From Octopus bimaculoides (lineage: Eukaryota), in the NCBI RefSeq assembly GCF_001194135.2, contig NC_068984.1:87408525-87472524 (forward strand): 64,000 bases of DNA. The letters are read 5' to 3'. The notes under the pieces were generated by a model. That model had not been told where the DNA came from, searched no databases, and saw nothing but the letters and a program-made list of their open reading frames with translations. Each line of letters starts with the position of its first letter. Positions within the stretch are counted from its first letter, which is position 1. The translations under genes and the position numbers were made by a program. Below are positions 38,537 through 51,500 of this stretch, piece by piece.

Positions 38537-41500
38537 ATATATATATATGTATATATGAGCAACACACACATACACACACGCACGTATGTACACCAATTGC
38601 ATACATATTTTTTGTACGCATACATGTTCGTATGTGTGTGTGTATGTTGCCCGTATATCAACAAAACACACACACCTTGCCTTACATATATATACGGATA
38701 AATGATTTAAAATAAATATATTTTGGAAATGGCGATTTATGGTACAATACCTAGAAACATGAAAATCAGACCACATGGGTTTGTTTACATCAATTCGGCA
38801 GTTTCCATAAAAAGTGTTGGGAAAGAACGCGAAAGAGATAGAGAGAGCGTGCTCTCCCTCTCTATCTCTCTCCCTTCCTTACACACATGCCAGTTATCTT
38901 TCTTTCTTTCTCTCTCTCTCTCTCCCTGTCTCTCACACACAGCAACATTACACACACACACATGCTGCTCTCTCACACTAACAAAAGAACTTCACATACA
39001 CACCACACTTTCTGTCTTGCATACTCATTATAAAAAGATAGCGTCTAGTTCTTTTTGGCAACATGTGTTTTGTGTGTAATGTTGCTGTGTGTGTGAGAGA
39101 AGGAGAGAAAGAAAGAAAGAAAGAGAGATAACTAGCATGTGTGTGTAAGGGAGGGAGAGAGAGATAGAGAGAGGGAAGGTATTTTTTTCTTTTTGCTTGT
39201 TGTTTGCTGCTTACCACACAACTGTTAAGACGCTGTTAGACGCTGGCAAACAAAATGTAACTCTCTCACCAACATACAATTTCTCTCTCTCTCCTTCAGG
39301 CGCAAACTTCGAAATTGGTAAAAGTTATGGTTGAAAATCGATTTTTACAGGTATATGTGAGTACCTCTGAGAGAGAAAGTTGGCGAAAATGCAGATAAGG
39401 TCATGACACATCTCCTCCTAAAATTGGAGCGACATGCGTGCTAATTTGTGGACGTGCATAAACTACATTCACATGCACACACACACACACACATCTCGAC
39501 TTTTATAGATATGATATATATATCATCATCATCATCATCATCATCGTTGTTTAACGTCCGGTTTCCATGCTAGCATGGGTTGGACATGTGTATGTATGTA
39601 TATAACATGAGAAGTAATTTCTTACAAAGAAAAGTTTGATAATCATACTGTGTTGTGTTCTATATATGTATATATAAATTCATTTCAGAGGGGAGTCTAT
39701 TGAAGATTCATTGCCAGTCAACAGTTTGAAGATATTTTTTGAAGAAGAGCTGCAGCTGATTTTTTATCGACATTGGACATTATTTGAAAGTATTTGCAAT
39801 TCAATCACAACTGCTTGTAAATTTAAATTGTGGACAATGAAAGGTCGTAAAAAGCTGCAAGAATTTCTTGCTGATATGGGGTAAGTGTTAGATATTGACT
39901 CTTTAAGTCTTGATCACATGGTATCTCTTGACAGCTGATTCTGGGGTATCATGTGATTGTACCCCTCACCTTAATTTACCATTTAGCATTTAATCTGGAC
40001 TTTTGGTGATTTGCTCTGTTTGAGAAGACACATGAAGCCAAGTGAAATTGTAGTCATGGTCAGTGCCGATGACGCGTAAAAGGTACCTGTGCTGGTGGCA
40101 TGTTAAAGGCACCCACTACAATCTTGGAGTGGTGGGTGTTAAGAAGGGCATCCATCCGTAGAAACCAAACTAAATTAGACTGGAGCCTAGTACAGCTCTC
40201 CAGCTTACTAGTCCCAGTCAAACCGTCTAACCCATACTAGCATGGAAAACGGACACTAAATGATAATGATGATGATCATCATCATACCTGTTCTATGTTA
40301 AAACTGATGAGATCCACAGTATCATTCTCAAAATGTACAAACACACCATTGATGTCTTGAAGCTATAATATAATATGTGATTAATTCAATGTGAATAAAT
40401 AAGCATTACATTTGACAGAAAAATCTGAATGCTAAAGCATTAAATCTTGATTTGCTTATATATTTAGTTGTCAAGTAAATTTTCATATACTGATTAGTGA
40501 AAAATCATTTTAAATATATGATGTGAAATTTATGTTATAATAGCTAATTTAAATGTTTGTTTTCCCCTCACTAATTTTTTTTTTTTTTTTTTGGTTTATG
40601 AAGCATGACTAAACAACTAGTTTCAAAAACAAATTTGAAGGCTTTTTTTTTTTTATCTAAGTATATTGAAATTATTGAGAGAAAAAATTTCAGTTAAATA
40701 CTAAGCATGGCCTCTCTTTACTTTTACTTGTTTCATTCATTTGACTGTGGCCATGTTGGGGCACCGCCTTGAAGGGTTTTAGTTGAACAAATTGACCCCA
40801 GGACTTATTTTCTTTAAGTCTAGTACTTATTCTATTGGTCTCTTTTGCCAAACCGCTAAGTTATGGGAACATAAGCACACCAACACGGTTGTCGAGCAGT
40901 GGTAGGAGACAAACACAGACACAAAGATACGCATGCATAGGCATGCACACACACACACATAATGAGCTTCTTCCAGTTTCTGTCTATCAAATCCACTCAC
41001 AAGGCTTTGGTTGGCCCTAGGTTACAGTAAAAGACACTTGCCAAAGGTGCTATGCAGTGGGACTGAACCTGGAACCATGTGGTTGGGAAGCAAGCTTCTT
41101 AACACAAAGGAAAATTAGAGCAGATGCTTCATACATATCTGAATAGACTTTTAGTTATACCCTTGAAAAATGAGATGGTTGACATCTTGTTTTTCTTCAC
41201 TTTGTAATCAAGGAAAACGGATGGTTGTGTTTAATATCTTCTATCTTTTGTTGGCCTGAGGCTATAACAGAAGACATTTGTTCAAGGTGCTGCACAGTGG
41301 AACTGAACCCAAAACCAACCACACAATCATGTCTACACCTATTTGGTAGGAATTTCAACCATGTTTCGTGGTCTGCTACCACAACAGCTCCTTTATAGGA
41401 TCCAGTTAGCTCAAGACATCATCAGGAGTAACCACGTCCGGTTTCGGCCCCTACTCCTCTACCGTTTTGACGTGGCGAGGCCCCCCCCCCTTTCGGAGGT

Positions 41501-44500
41501 GTCTTCAGCTCTGGTGTTGGGTGCATGTCTTCTTTCTTCTATTCCCTGGCCTCTTCAATGCAGCATCAACGAGTGTCAGCGTCCGACTGACTGTCTTGTC
41601 AAATTCCCCTTTTTATACCTGCTGCTAGGCTCCAGCAGGCTACCCCAGCAAGTTGTCACGTGACACTGTCTAAATTTCCCGCTGCTAGGGTCCAGTAGGC
41701 AACCCCAGCAAGTTGTCACATGACACTGTCTAAACTTCCCGTTGCTAGCAACGGGAAAATAAGTTTTAAAAAAATCATTTGTAAGTAATATACAATACTG
41801 CAGAGCAGACTTCTGAGCTATGTTTTCTTTTCTATTTTTTTTTTTTGTTATAGGTTACCTTTAACTCAATGCCAACAAAAATACAATGCTATGGATCCTA
41901 GTGTCAGAAATAATGTGAAGGAATTGATTTTAAAATATGTAGAAAAATATGGGTAGGTAAAAGTTTTCATGTATGTAATATTATTTTAAAAACAGTCTTC
42001 TGTCTAGTTTTCAATATGAGTTTAAAAATCAAATTGTAAATAAACTTTACAAGAAAAAAAATTTATTACTTAGTGGCTTTAAATTAAAAAGTCAGGCACC
42101 TTAACCATTCTTTTCTCTCATGTTCTTTTACTTTTCTATTCTTTTATTTGTTTTAGCCATTAGATGGTAGCCATGCTGGGGCACCACCTTGAAGAATTGT
42201 TTTTTTAGTTAAACAAATCAACCCCAGTACTTATTTGATTTTTAAGCTTGGTACTTAATTCTATCGTCCTCTTTTGCTGAACCACTAAGTTACAGGGACA
42301 TAACAAACCAACACTGGTTGTCAAGCGGTGGTGGGGGACAAACACAGATACAAAGACATACACACACACACACACATACGATGGGCTTCTTTCAGTTTCT
42401 GTCTATCAAATCTGCTCATATGGCTTTTGTCAGCCTGAAGCTATAGTAGAAGACACTTGCCCATAGTGCCACACAGTGGGACTGTACCCAGAACCATGTA
42501 GTTGGGAAGCAAGCTTCTTACCACACAGCCATGCCTTCTAGAAAATTTTTTACTATTTTGTTCTTTTTTAAAATTTAACATTTCTGCTTCTTGAAATTTT
42601 CCATCAATAACTGATTTTATGTTTTAATACTCCAACTCTCATTTCAGTCTTTTTACTTTAAGTTGACTGGGAAGTTATTTATTTGCTGTGTAATATTTAT
42701 GATAATTCTATTGATTTTAATTACGTGTTAACTAAATGTGCTTATGTTTTAATGAATATACATTTAAAAGGGGACCTGGTGGAGTTTGAATCTTTGTTTC
42801 TTCATGGATTCTGCATTGTAATAATTGGTTTCTGTTTATTAGATTGGCACCAGAAGATATCATTATTCCATCATTCAATTCCCATTATGGCTATCATAAA
42901 AAAATTAATGCAGCTGACGTTGTTTTCGCTTGCTCAACAGTCCTCGAAAATACAGTAAGTGATATCGCCATTCAATATGTATTTTATGTTGGTTGTCATA
43001 TTTACATATATTTTTCTGTACTTTTCAGGATTAATTTAACATCTAATTTAGGTACAAAATTCTAACACTGCAGTTATAATATAAGATACAGTATGTGTTG
43101 TAACAGTATATCTAAAGTGATCTGAATAACAACTATCTTACTATAGTAGGTTAGTTACTAATTATTGATTTGCAAATAGTTTGCTTTGGAGCTGTCCATG
43201 AGAGTTTGCACATTCCATGTGCCAATGATGAGCAATGTCACCGATGCATTTTTTTTATAGGTAAAGTGAAAAATTGAAACTAGAATTAAGAGCTGATGAT
43301 GTTGCTTTTTAAGTTTATGTTAGGTTTTCCACTATCTTCAGGGAGATGTTTGTGAATTCATTCTTCATTAGTGAAGTTTTATATGATATCATCATTTTCC
43401 TTATCTTTCTTAATATTTGTAATGTAAGTGAAATTTTTGACATATATAATTTAAGTCATTTAAAAATACACAGAAGCCCAATATTCACTTTCAGTTTATT
43501 TCTTAATAGTACAATCTATCATGTGAAAAAGTTTCCCTGTACTTTATAATAGTTTGTACCATGAAGAAATAGACAAAGTAATTTTTTTGTGTGCTATTAA
43601 CCCTTTAGCATAAATGGCCATATCAGACCCAAATATTCTACCTATTTTGTGTTTAAACTGATCAGATCCAGCCTCTCACACCTGCCCTACAATTTCATTT
43701 TAAAAATAAACAATTGCATTATTAAAATTTCTAAGCTATGAGATAATGCATGATTAATTCAAAACAATTTGAATAAATAAGCATTACATTTGACAGAGTA
43801 ATCTGAATGCTAAAGAGTTAAATACCTAATAATTACTCTTATTCAGTTTCAATATACTGTTTCAGATCAAGTCACTTGTCAGACAAGCACAACTCTGAAT
43901 GTTTTTACTATTTTTTGAAGCTTTCTTTTTATATGGACATCCATGACAGAACTTCTGGTATAAACTTTCATATAAAGAAAAAAATAGAAAATGAATGAAA
44001 ATCAAGATTTATTGGTCTCAAAATTATCATCTGTAAAAACAAATGAGTTGCTAAAATTTTCAACATTTCAAATTTATAAAAAATTTAACTTTGAGACTTG
44101 AAAACAGATTTTAAATTTTTGTTCTCTTGTAGGTAGAAAATAATGATACAGCTGATAGCTTTTTTTATGCTATGGATATTTTACAAAGGTAAGTCATATT
44201 TTATATTTCAAAGATACATTGTCATTGAAGAGTTGAGTGAAAAACTAAATTGTTCCAATGAGGATAAGAGGATTTTAAGCAACTTTTCCAGTGTAGACAA
44301 CAGGTAAATAGACTCTCTTTGAAGGTATACCTCATTGTTGTCATCAGCAGCAGTGTTATTACTGCTATGTCTGCTTTCCGAGCTGGCATGGTTTGGTCAT
44401 TTTGACAGGATCCAGTGTGTTGGAAGTTCATATCTTGCTCCAATGTCTCAGTTTTGGCATGGTTTCTTGGGCTGGATGCCCTTTCTAATACCAACCAACT

Positions 44501-47500
44501 TAAAGAGTGTACTGGGTACTTTTATTATGGTACCAGCACTAGTGAAGTTGCCAAGCTTCAGCTGAGGAGGATAAAATATCTTTAAGTGAGATGTTGAAAG
44601 ATTAAAGTATCATGGGAAGAGCAAAAAGAAATTTACTGTTGTGGAGATTTATGGTCACCTTGCAATTGACATGGGTAGATGAGGGATGTTGGAGTGGTGC
44701 CCAAAAGAGAGGTAAATATAATGGTGACCAGGTGCTAGAATGTACTCTTCAAGTAATATGTCCAAGAAGGTGAATCGAAGAGAATATGGGTACAAAAAGT
44801 CATGGAGGGTGGGTAATGTTGCAAGAGGGTGAGAGATGGAATAAATACAGGGGTGGAAGTGGTCAAATGTATATAGAAGATGAATGTTGTGAATGGTGAA
44901 TTGTGATGGAGATGGTAAATATGAGTGGGAGATGAGGGATAGATACTCATTGGGAATAGTAGAGAGATGAATGGTGAATTGCAGTACAGAAATATGCTAT
45001 GGTATGTTGTAACAGATTCTGCCTTCATTATGTATTAAATAATAATTCAGATATTTTATTTAATCAGATAAAAGAACCTTTCCAGCACATGAAAACTGTG
45101 TTTTTTTTTAATTATAAATTTAGTGATAAATTTTTGCCGTATATTGTTGTGTCAAATGTTAATTTCTTGCACCGAAACAAAGACTTCAGTACCTGTCTGA
45201 GGAAAGTTAAAGTAAATGGGATTCTGTGATGGTCATGACTTTCTAAAAGGACACTAGTAACATAAGTGAGACTGCTATAACTTGCTGTCTAGCTTAGAGT
45301 GTAGAAATAGTATTGTAGCTGTTAGGTGTTTTTAAGGAATGTAATTAACCCTTTAGCATTCAAATTACTTTATCAAATATGTTTATTTATTCACATCATT
45401 TTGAATTAATCCTGTATTATCTCGTAACTTAAAGATTTCAGTGACATGATAATATATTTTTGGAATGACATTGTAGGGTAGGTGTGAGAGGCTAGTTCTA
45501 GCCAGTTTGAACACAAAACAGGTAGAATATTTGGGCCGGATCTGGCTGGTTTAAATGCTGAAGGGTTAGACTCAACAGCATTAGACATTCTTCTATCTAT
45601 CAAAATGTTTAGCAGATTATAGTGAAAGTACTGTTGATTTCCCTTTTGTCCTAGTTCTGCTGGAGTTTGATCAACACCAGTTCAGTGTCCATTTCTGATT
45701 GAGTTTATGGCAGATCTAACCTAACAATAAATTGAGCTATCATTTTCATTGATAGAGGACCGTTAATTCAACCTTAATTTAATGATTATACAACTCGTAA
45801 ATACAGAGCAGAATATTGCTTCAAGAGAAAAGAAGTAACTGGGAACTTTGTACCATGTACCTAATGTAAACTTTAGGTGCATGAAAGACACAATAAGATC
45901 ACAGGCAGTCTGAGAGAGAATAAGAGATAACAGTTGCATAAGAGTTGTTAGCAGTTAGAACACCTATGAAATGGAATCTTTTAACTGCCTTCTCGGCTTG
46001 CTAGAAGTAATTGACAGCTTCTGTGACTTTGGTGACTTAATCAACAGTGGAGATGGGTGTTGTGAAAGCATTTATAGTCAGAGCAAAGATAGATGAAAAA
46101 GTTCATAGAATAATTACCTGTTGGTAGCAAAGGGTTTTTTTTTCTTTGAGAGAAGGCAGATTCTCTGATGCTCAAGTAGAAAGTGTAATATGGCATTGTT
46201 GTGGCATATTGGCATTGGTTGCAAAGGAAATGTAAGGCTGATATGAAATATGGCAAATATGCTCTGTTGGTTGTATGCATGAACAATGGAGCAAAGGTTA
46301 ACTAAGAGAAAAAAATATGTATCAGGGGAATTGGTTGTAAAGAAAGTTGTACTTGTATGACGGAGTGCTGAAAAGTTTCTGGCCTTAAGGGTGTTATGAA
46401 AAGCCTGGTTGGGGGACTAACCGTCCGAGTTCTTTTACAGGGATTAAAAAAACTGAAGGGCCACTGCAATAAGTGTGTGAATCTGATAGGGGAATATGTT
46501 GAATAAAATCATATTTAACTGAACCTCCTGCATTTTCTTTTACCGTAAGCCAGAAACTTTTCAGCACCCCCTCGTTTTGACATTTGCTGCATACAAACAA
46601 TGATAGTTGGATGTAAAAGTGTTAAACAATCCAACTGGAAGGAGCTTGTGGAAGCAGCCTAAGGAAGACAACAGAAGACGTGATTTCAGACTGCTGGATG
46701 TCATAGAAGAGACAGCAAAAGACCACAAGTCAAGAGAGAGGCACTGGTGGTGCAAACTTATCTAACTCATATCTGTACAGAAAATACAGATCTAAAATGA
46801 TGATGATGATGATGGTTATCCCACAGTTCAGTAACACATTTCCAATTTCCAGTTTTGTCCCAGATAATAGCTATTTGTCTTTGTTTGACTGCTGTTAATT
46901 CTTTAGGTTATTTTTGATTTCCAACTCACTTCTTTTGATTACTGGATGCTGTTCCTTATATTCTCTTCTGTATCATATTTATGATACTACTCTCTTGAGC
47001 TCATTTTACACTGATCTCCAAATTAGGTGGATGAGCTTGTGACCTCTTTGAGACTGCCTGGTCTGAAAGTCAGTGTTGCTAAAACCAAAATCCTGTCAAC
47101 TAGTTTTACAAATGAACAGAAAAATATGTTCATAGTCAATGCTGTTCAATTGCACATGATGGCTTAGTGGATTTACTTTGACCTGACCTACCATTTGTTG
47201 GATAACTCTGTTTTGAAGCTTATTGTAATTCCACTATTCTGACGTATGGAACATAAGTGGTAAGCTAAATGACTAGGCTTCATGCCTCTGTCTACCTAAG
47301 AACTATAATGCACACTGTGACATACAGTAGTTCATTGAATAGCAATTGTATTTCTGTAAATGCTAAGTAAATGGCTTAATTGCATGTGGTAGGATCCCTC
47401 AGTTAGAGAATTATATTTGTTACTCAGTTGGAAAAGAGCTATAATATTCAATAATATATGACTGAACAATAATATAAGTTTTAATGGAAACGAAAGTTGT

Positions 47501-48478
47501 TCAGAAAGACATAACTAATGTAAACAACAATGTAGAACAAACCATTACTACTGCACCAATGCTATCAAAAACAATAATGAAATTAAAATGATAATAAAGA
47601 TGAAAAACTTCACAAGTAAAAAGAGAAAGAATTGCTATAAAAGAAGCAAAAATATTGATAAAAAATCAGACTTTCATCAAAATATAAAAAACAAAATCAT
47701 CAATAATGTGAAAATAGATAAGAACAAGGAGTGAACTCTAATTACTTGGCAGTACTTCTAAAGGAGCCTGCAGACATGGAGAGAGTGGGATCAAGTGCTG
47801 TTATGCGTATCTCACTTCCTGCTAGAGGTACACTATATGGAATGATTATTTTCCACAAAGTTCACAAAAATAAAAGACCTGAACTCGAGGAACATGATAC
47901 CCTGTATAGCTTCAACAATAAAGTAGAAGTTGAATAACAGCAGCTCATACATTCATGAACATATGTTATGACCATTTCTATCAAAATGCAATATGCAGAT
48001 GTAGAGCCAACTGTGGCACTTGGGCAACAAAAGGGTTTCTTTTTAAAATTAACATAAAAGGTAATGCAGCAGTTACTAAAGTTACTTCAAGTTGAAGCTA
48101 CTTTGAAGTAACTTTATCTCAAGTTAAACACAACAACAGTTGATCCCCCTCTCTCCATGTCTGCTGGCTTCATTAGAAGTACTGTCAAGTAATTAGAACT
48201 TGATCCTTGTTCTTATCTATTTTCATTTTGTTATCTTTACAACCATGTGCTTTTGTTGTTTTTATTTAGGTGAAAGTTTGATTTTTTTTTTTTTTTTATC
48301 CTGCAGGCATAAGTGAAAGCAGGGTATTGTAGTCACTTGTCTTTGTCTGAGTGTTTGCAAAATTACTGAACAGATTTTCACCATATTTGGCAGAAATACT
48401 CATTGGGTGAATGGCTCATAATTATGAAAATTTTGTTTGATTATCTTCAAACATACATAAATACATATATAGATATGC

Positions 48479-48513
<35 letters not shown>

Positions 48514-51500
48514 CAGTGATGGATTTGAGGGTTTCGTTTACTTACAAGTTGATTTCTTAATTTCACCGAAGTATAAATACCTATAATGGTGATAATTAAA
48601 AAAGCTTTGGTTTGGCCTGAGGTTATAGTAGAAGACATTTGCTCATGGTGCCACTCTGGGACTGAACGTGGAACCATGTGGTTGAGAAGCAAACTTCTTA
48701 CCACACAGCCACACCTATGCCTATAAATATTAATTATTTGTACTTTTAAAATTATTGAAGCATACCAACTAAATGTTATTTATCTTTAAATACAACGTTC
48801 ATTTAAACTTCTGTTTTCATGTGCTATGCTGTGTTTAGTTTTGTACTTATTTTATTGATCCTGTTTGTTGAACCATTAAGTTTAGGAATACATTAACACC
48901 ACCATTTTTTTAAACCAGTGCAAACATAAACACTGATATATGCACATATACATATATGAGGGTGTGCTGAAAAGTTTCTAAATTTGGGTAAAAGAACATA
49001 CAGGAGGATCACTTAATTATGATTTTATTCAACATATTCTTCTCTCAGATTCACACACTTATTGCAGTGGTCCTTCAGCTTTTCTAAGCCCTGTAAAAGA
49101 ACTTGGAAGGTTGGACCTCCAACCAGGTGTTTCATGATACTCTTAAAGGCATTTGCAAAATGTCTTTCTACTATATTTTACAAACCTGGAAGCACATGGT
49201 TGTAAAGATAACTTCTTAATGATATAGCCATGATTGTGCCTTGTATGATGATGACCTTAAAATATTTGACAGAAATTATGTCATTGTAACTTGTCGTGAT
49301 ATGTCTTGACATTGATAGCAGTGTAAGTAAACTGGCAAAGTTGTTTGAATGTCAGAACAATTTGTGGTATTTGTACCAGCTCACTGTGCTCTAAGTTCAA
49401 ATTCTGCTGAGGTTTACATTTCCTTTTAACCTTTCAGGTTTCATAAATAAAGTACTAATCCAGAACGGTGTATTGGCAAAATTTTGTCTGCATTCCAAGT
49501 TCAAAGTTAATCTTGACACTGGAAAAAAATGGGTGACAAGCTTAGTGGGATCTTGAGCAAGTGCCTGAGAATTTCAGCTTGTTAGCATCAATGGTAGTTC
49601 ACCAGCTGGCAGGAGAGACAGCAAGAAGACTTTAAAAAGTTCTTCACAGTCTCTCCTATTTCTTTCTCTTCTCTCCTCTTTCACACACACACACACACAC
49701 ATACAAAGTAATGTTTTATTATGCCTTTTTTCTATATTTTCTTCTTGTTTTTTTTTTTTGTTTTTGTTTCAGAGACTGCCTTTCTTCCTTGGAAAAAGGC
49801 ATTGAACTTTCAAAGAAACAGATTGTTCGTATAGTTTCTCAAGTCCAAACATTACTTGATATGCGTCAAGTAATGTGTGCTGGACCATTTCTCTATGCTT
49901 TTATACGAGAAGTAAGTACTTCAAATTATTTCTTTTAAAACAAATGTTACTTGTTCAGATCAAAGTAGTTACTATTTTTTGATAGTTATACACAAAAAAA
50001 TTCATCTACAAACATGAAGAGGGTGGAATGAATCATCTGTAAATGTTGTAAATAACCACTTGTCCTCAAAGAAGTGTGTCTGTTAAGTATGAGGAGTGTT
50101 CTTTAAAGATTTCCCCTGACCCACTTCCCAAGGACTGGGATAAGCGAAACTTGGCATAATTATTAATCCTTCTCTTCATAGCCACTACTAATGGCGACAC
50201 ACTTCTCCCATCACTTTATGCAGCTGGGAAGACCTTGTTTGTAGAAGTCGGTTGGTTATGTCTAGAGCCGAGACTTTACCTTGGAAATAAGTTCATCATC
50301 ATCCGAAATGTGCTTCCTCTTCAAAAAAGACTTCATGGTTGGAAAGAGGTGGAAGTCAGATGGTGCAAGGTTGGGAGAGTAAGGGGGATAAGGAAGGATT
50401 TCATAGCCACAGGAGTGTGCTTTCATCTGGGCAACATGCACATTGTGAAGTGGGGTTTTGTCTTGGAGGAGGTGGACTTCTTTGGTCAGCATGCCATGCA
50501 TCTCTGCTTTGATGGCGTTCCACAATTTCTGCAGCAAAGATGCATAAAATACCCTGTTAATTGTGGTGCCCTTTGCCAGAAAATCCATCATCACTACTCC
50601 ACACTGGTCTCAAAAAACTGTGCACATCACCTTTCCTGCTGAGGATTGGACACGATTTTTTTTGGAGTTGGTTAGCTACCATGTTTCCATTGCTTTGACT
50701 GGACTTTAGTCTCAGGATCATAATGATGGATCCATGTTTTATCCTGTGTAATAAGTCTGCCAAAAAAATCTGCCTTGTTTTCTTGGCACATTGCCAAAAG
50801 AGCCTGGGAGCAATTGACTTGTTCCTGCTTCCAAAAAGGAAAAGGTGTGAGCATCCGGGGAATCCATCATGCAGACAACTTCCGCTTGTGCAAATAGCCA
50901 TGAATGATTTTTTTCCACAGACCCTACATTTATCTTCACTTCTTGGGCTAGTTGCTGAATAGTTATGCAGTGATCTTGCAAAATAGCAGCTTCCACTTTA
51001 TGGATGGTGTCGTCATCATTGGTGAAATGTGGTCTTTCAGAAATAGGAGCTGTTTCCACCGATGTCTAACCACATTTGAACTGGCGATGCTGGTGCTTGA
51101 CTATATCATATGATGGTGCATCGTCACCATAAACTTCTTTCATCTCCTCAAAAGTCTCTTTTGGTGTACAACCTTCCAAGTATAAGAACCTGATTGCTAA
51201 TTTGCCTTCAACTGCCTCAATTATAACACCTTAGTCCACTTCAGCAGCCGTAAAAGATAAACGAATACTAGTGGAAAGCTGCAATTTACAATGTGACATG
51301 TAAAGATGTGTATGATTACACCTGTACAAGTTCTGTTTCCTGCAATAACCAGAAGTTGGTCAAGGGAAATCTTTAAAGAACACCCCTAATACTTATAAAG
51401 ATTCTAAAGGAGATATTTTGTTGGTAGACACATTTAAGATTTCTGTTATTCTATAAAAAACCAACAGTAACAACTACAGCCACAAACCAGATCAGAGACA

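Noticed and set aside
41355-41510. Hammerhead fold from the CTGATGA/CTGAAGA and CGAAA motifs on the minus strand
   Set aside because: I could not form helices I-III consistently in any permutation; kept only as a hint of pseudo-LTR origin.
47731-47937. 68-aa ORF in intron 13
   Set aside because: No recognisable domain or splice context; perhaps decayed LINE ORF1, but unsupported.
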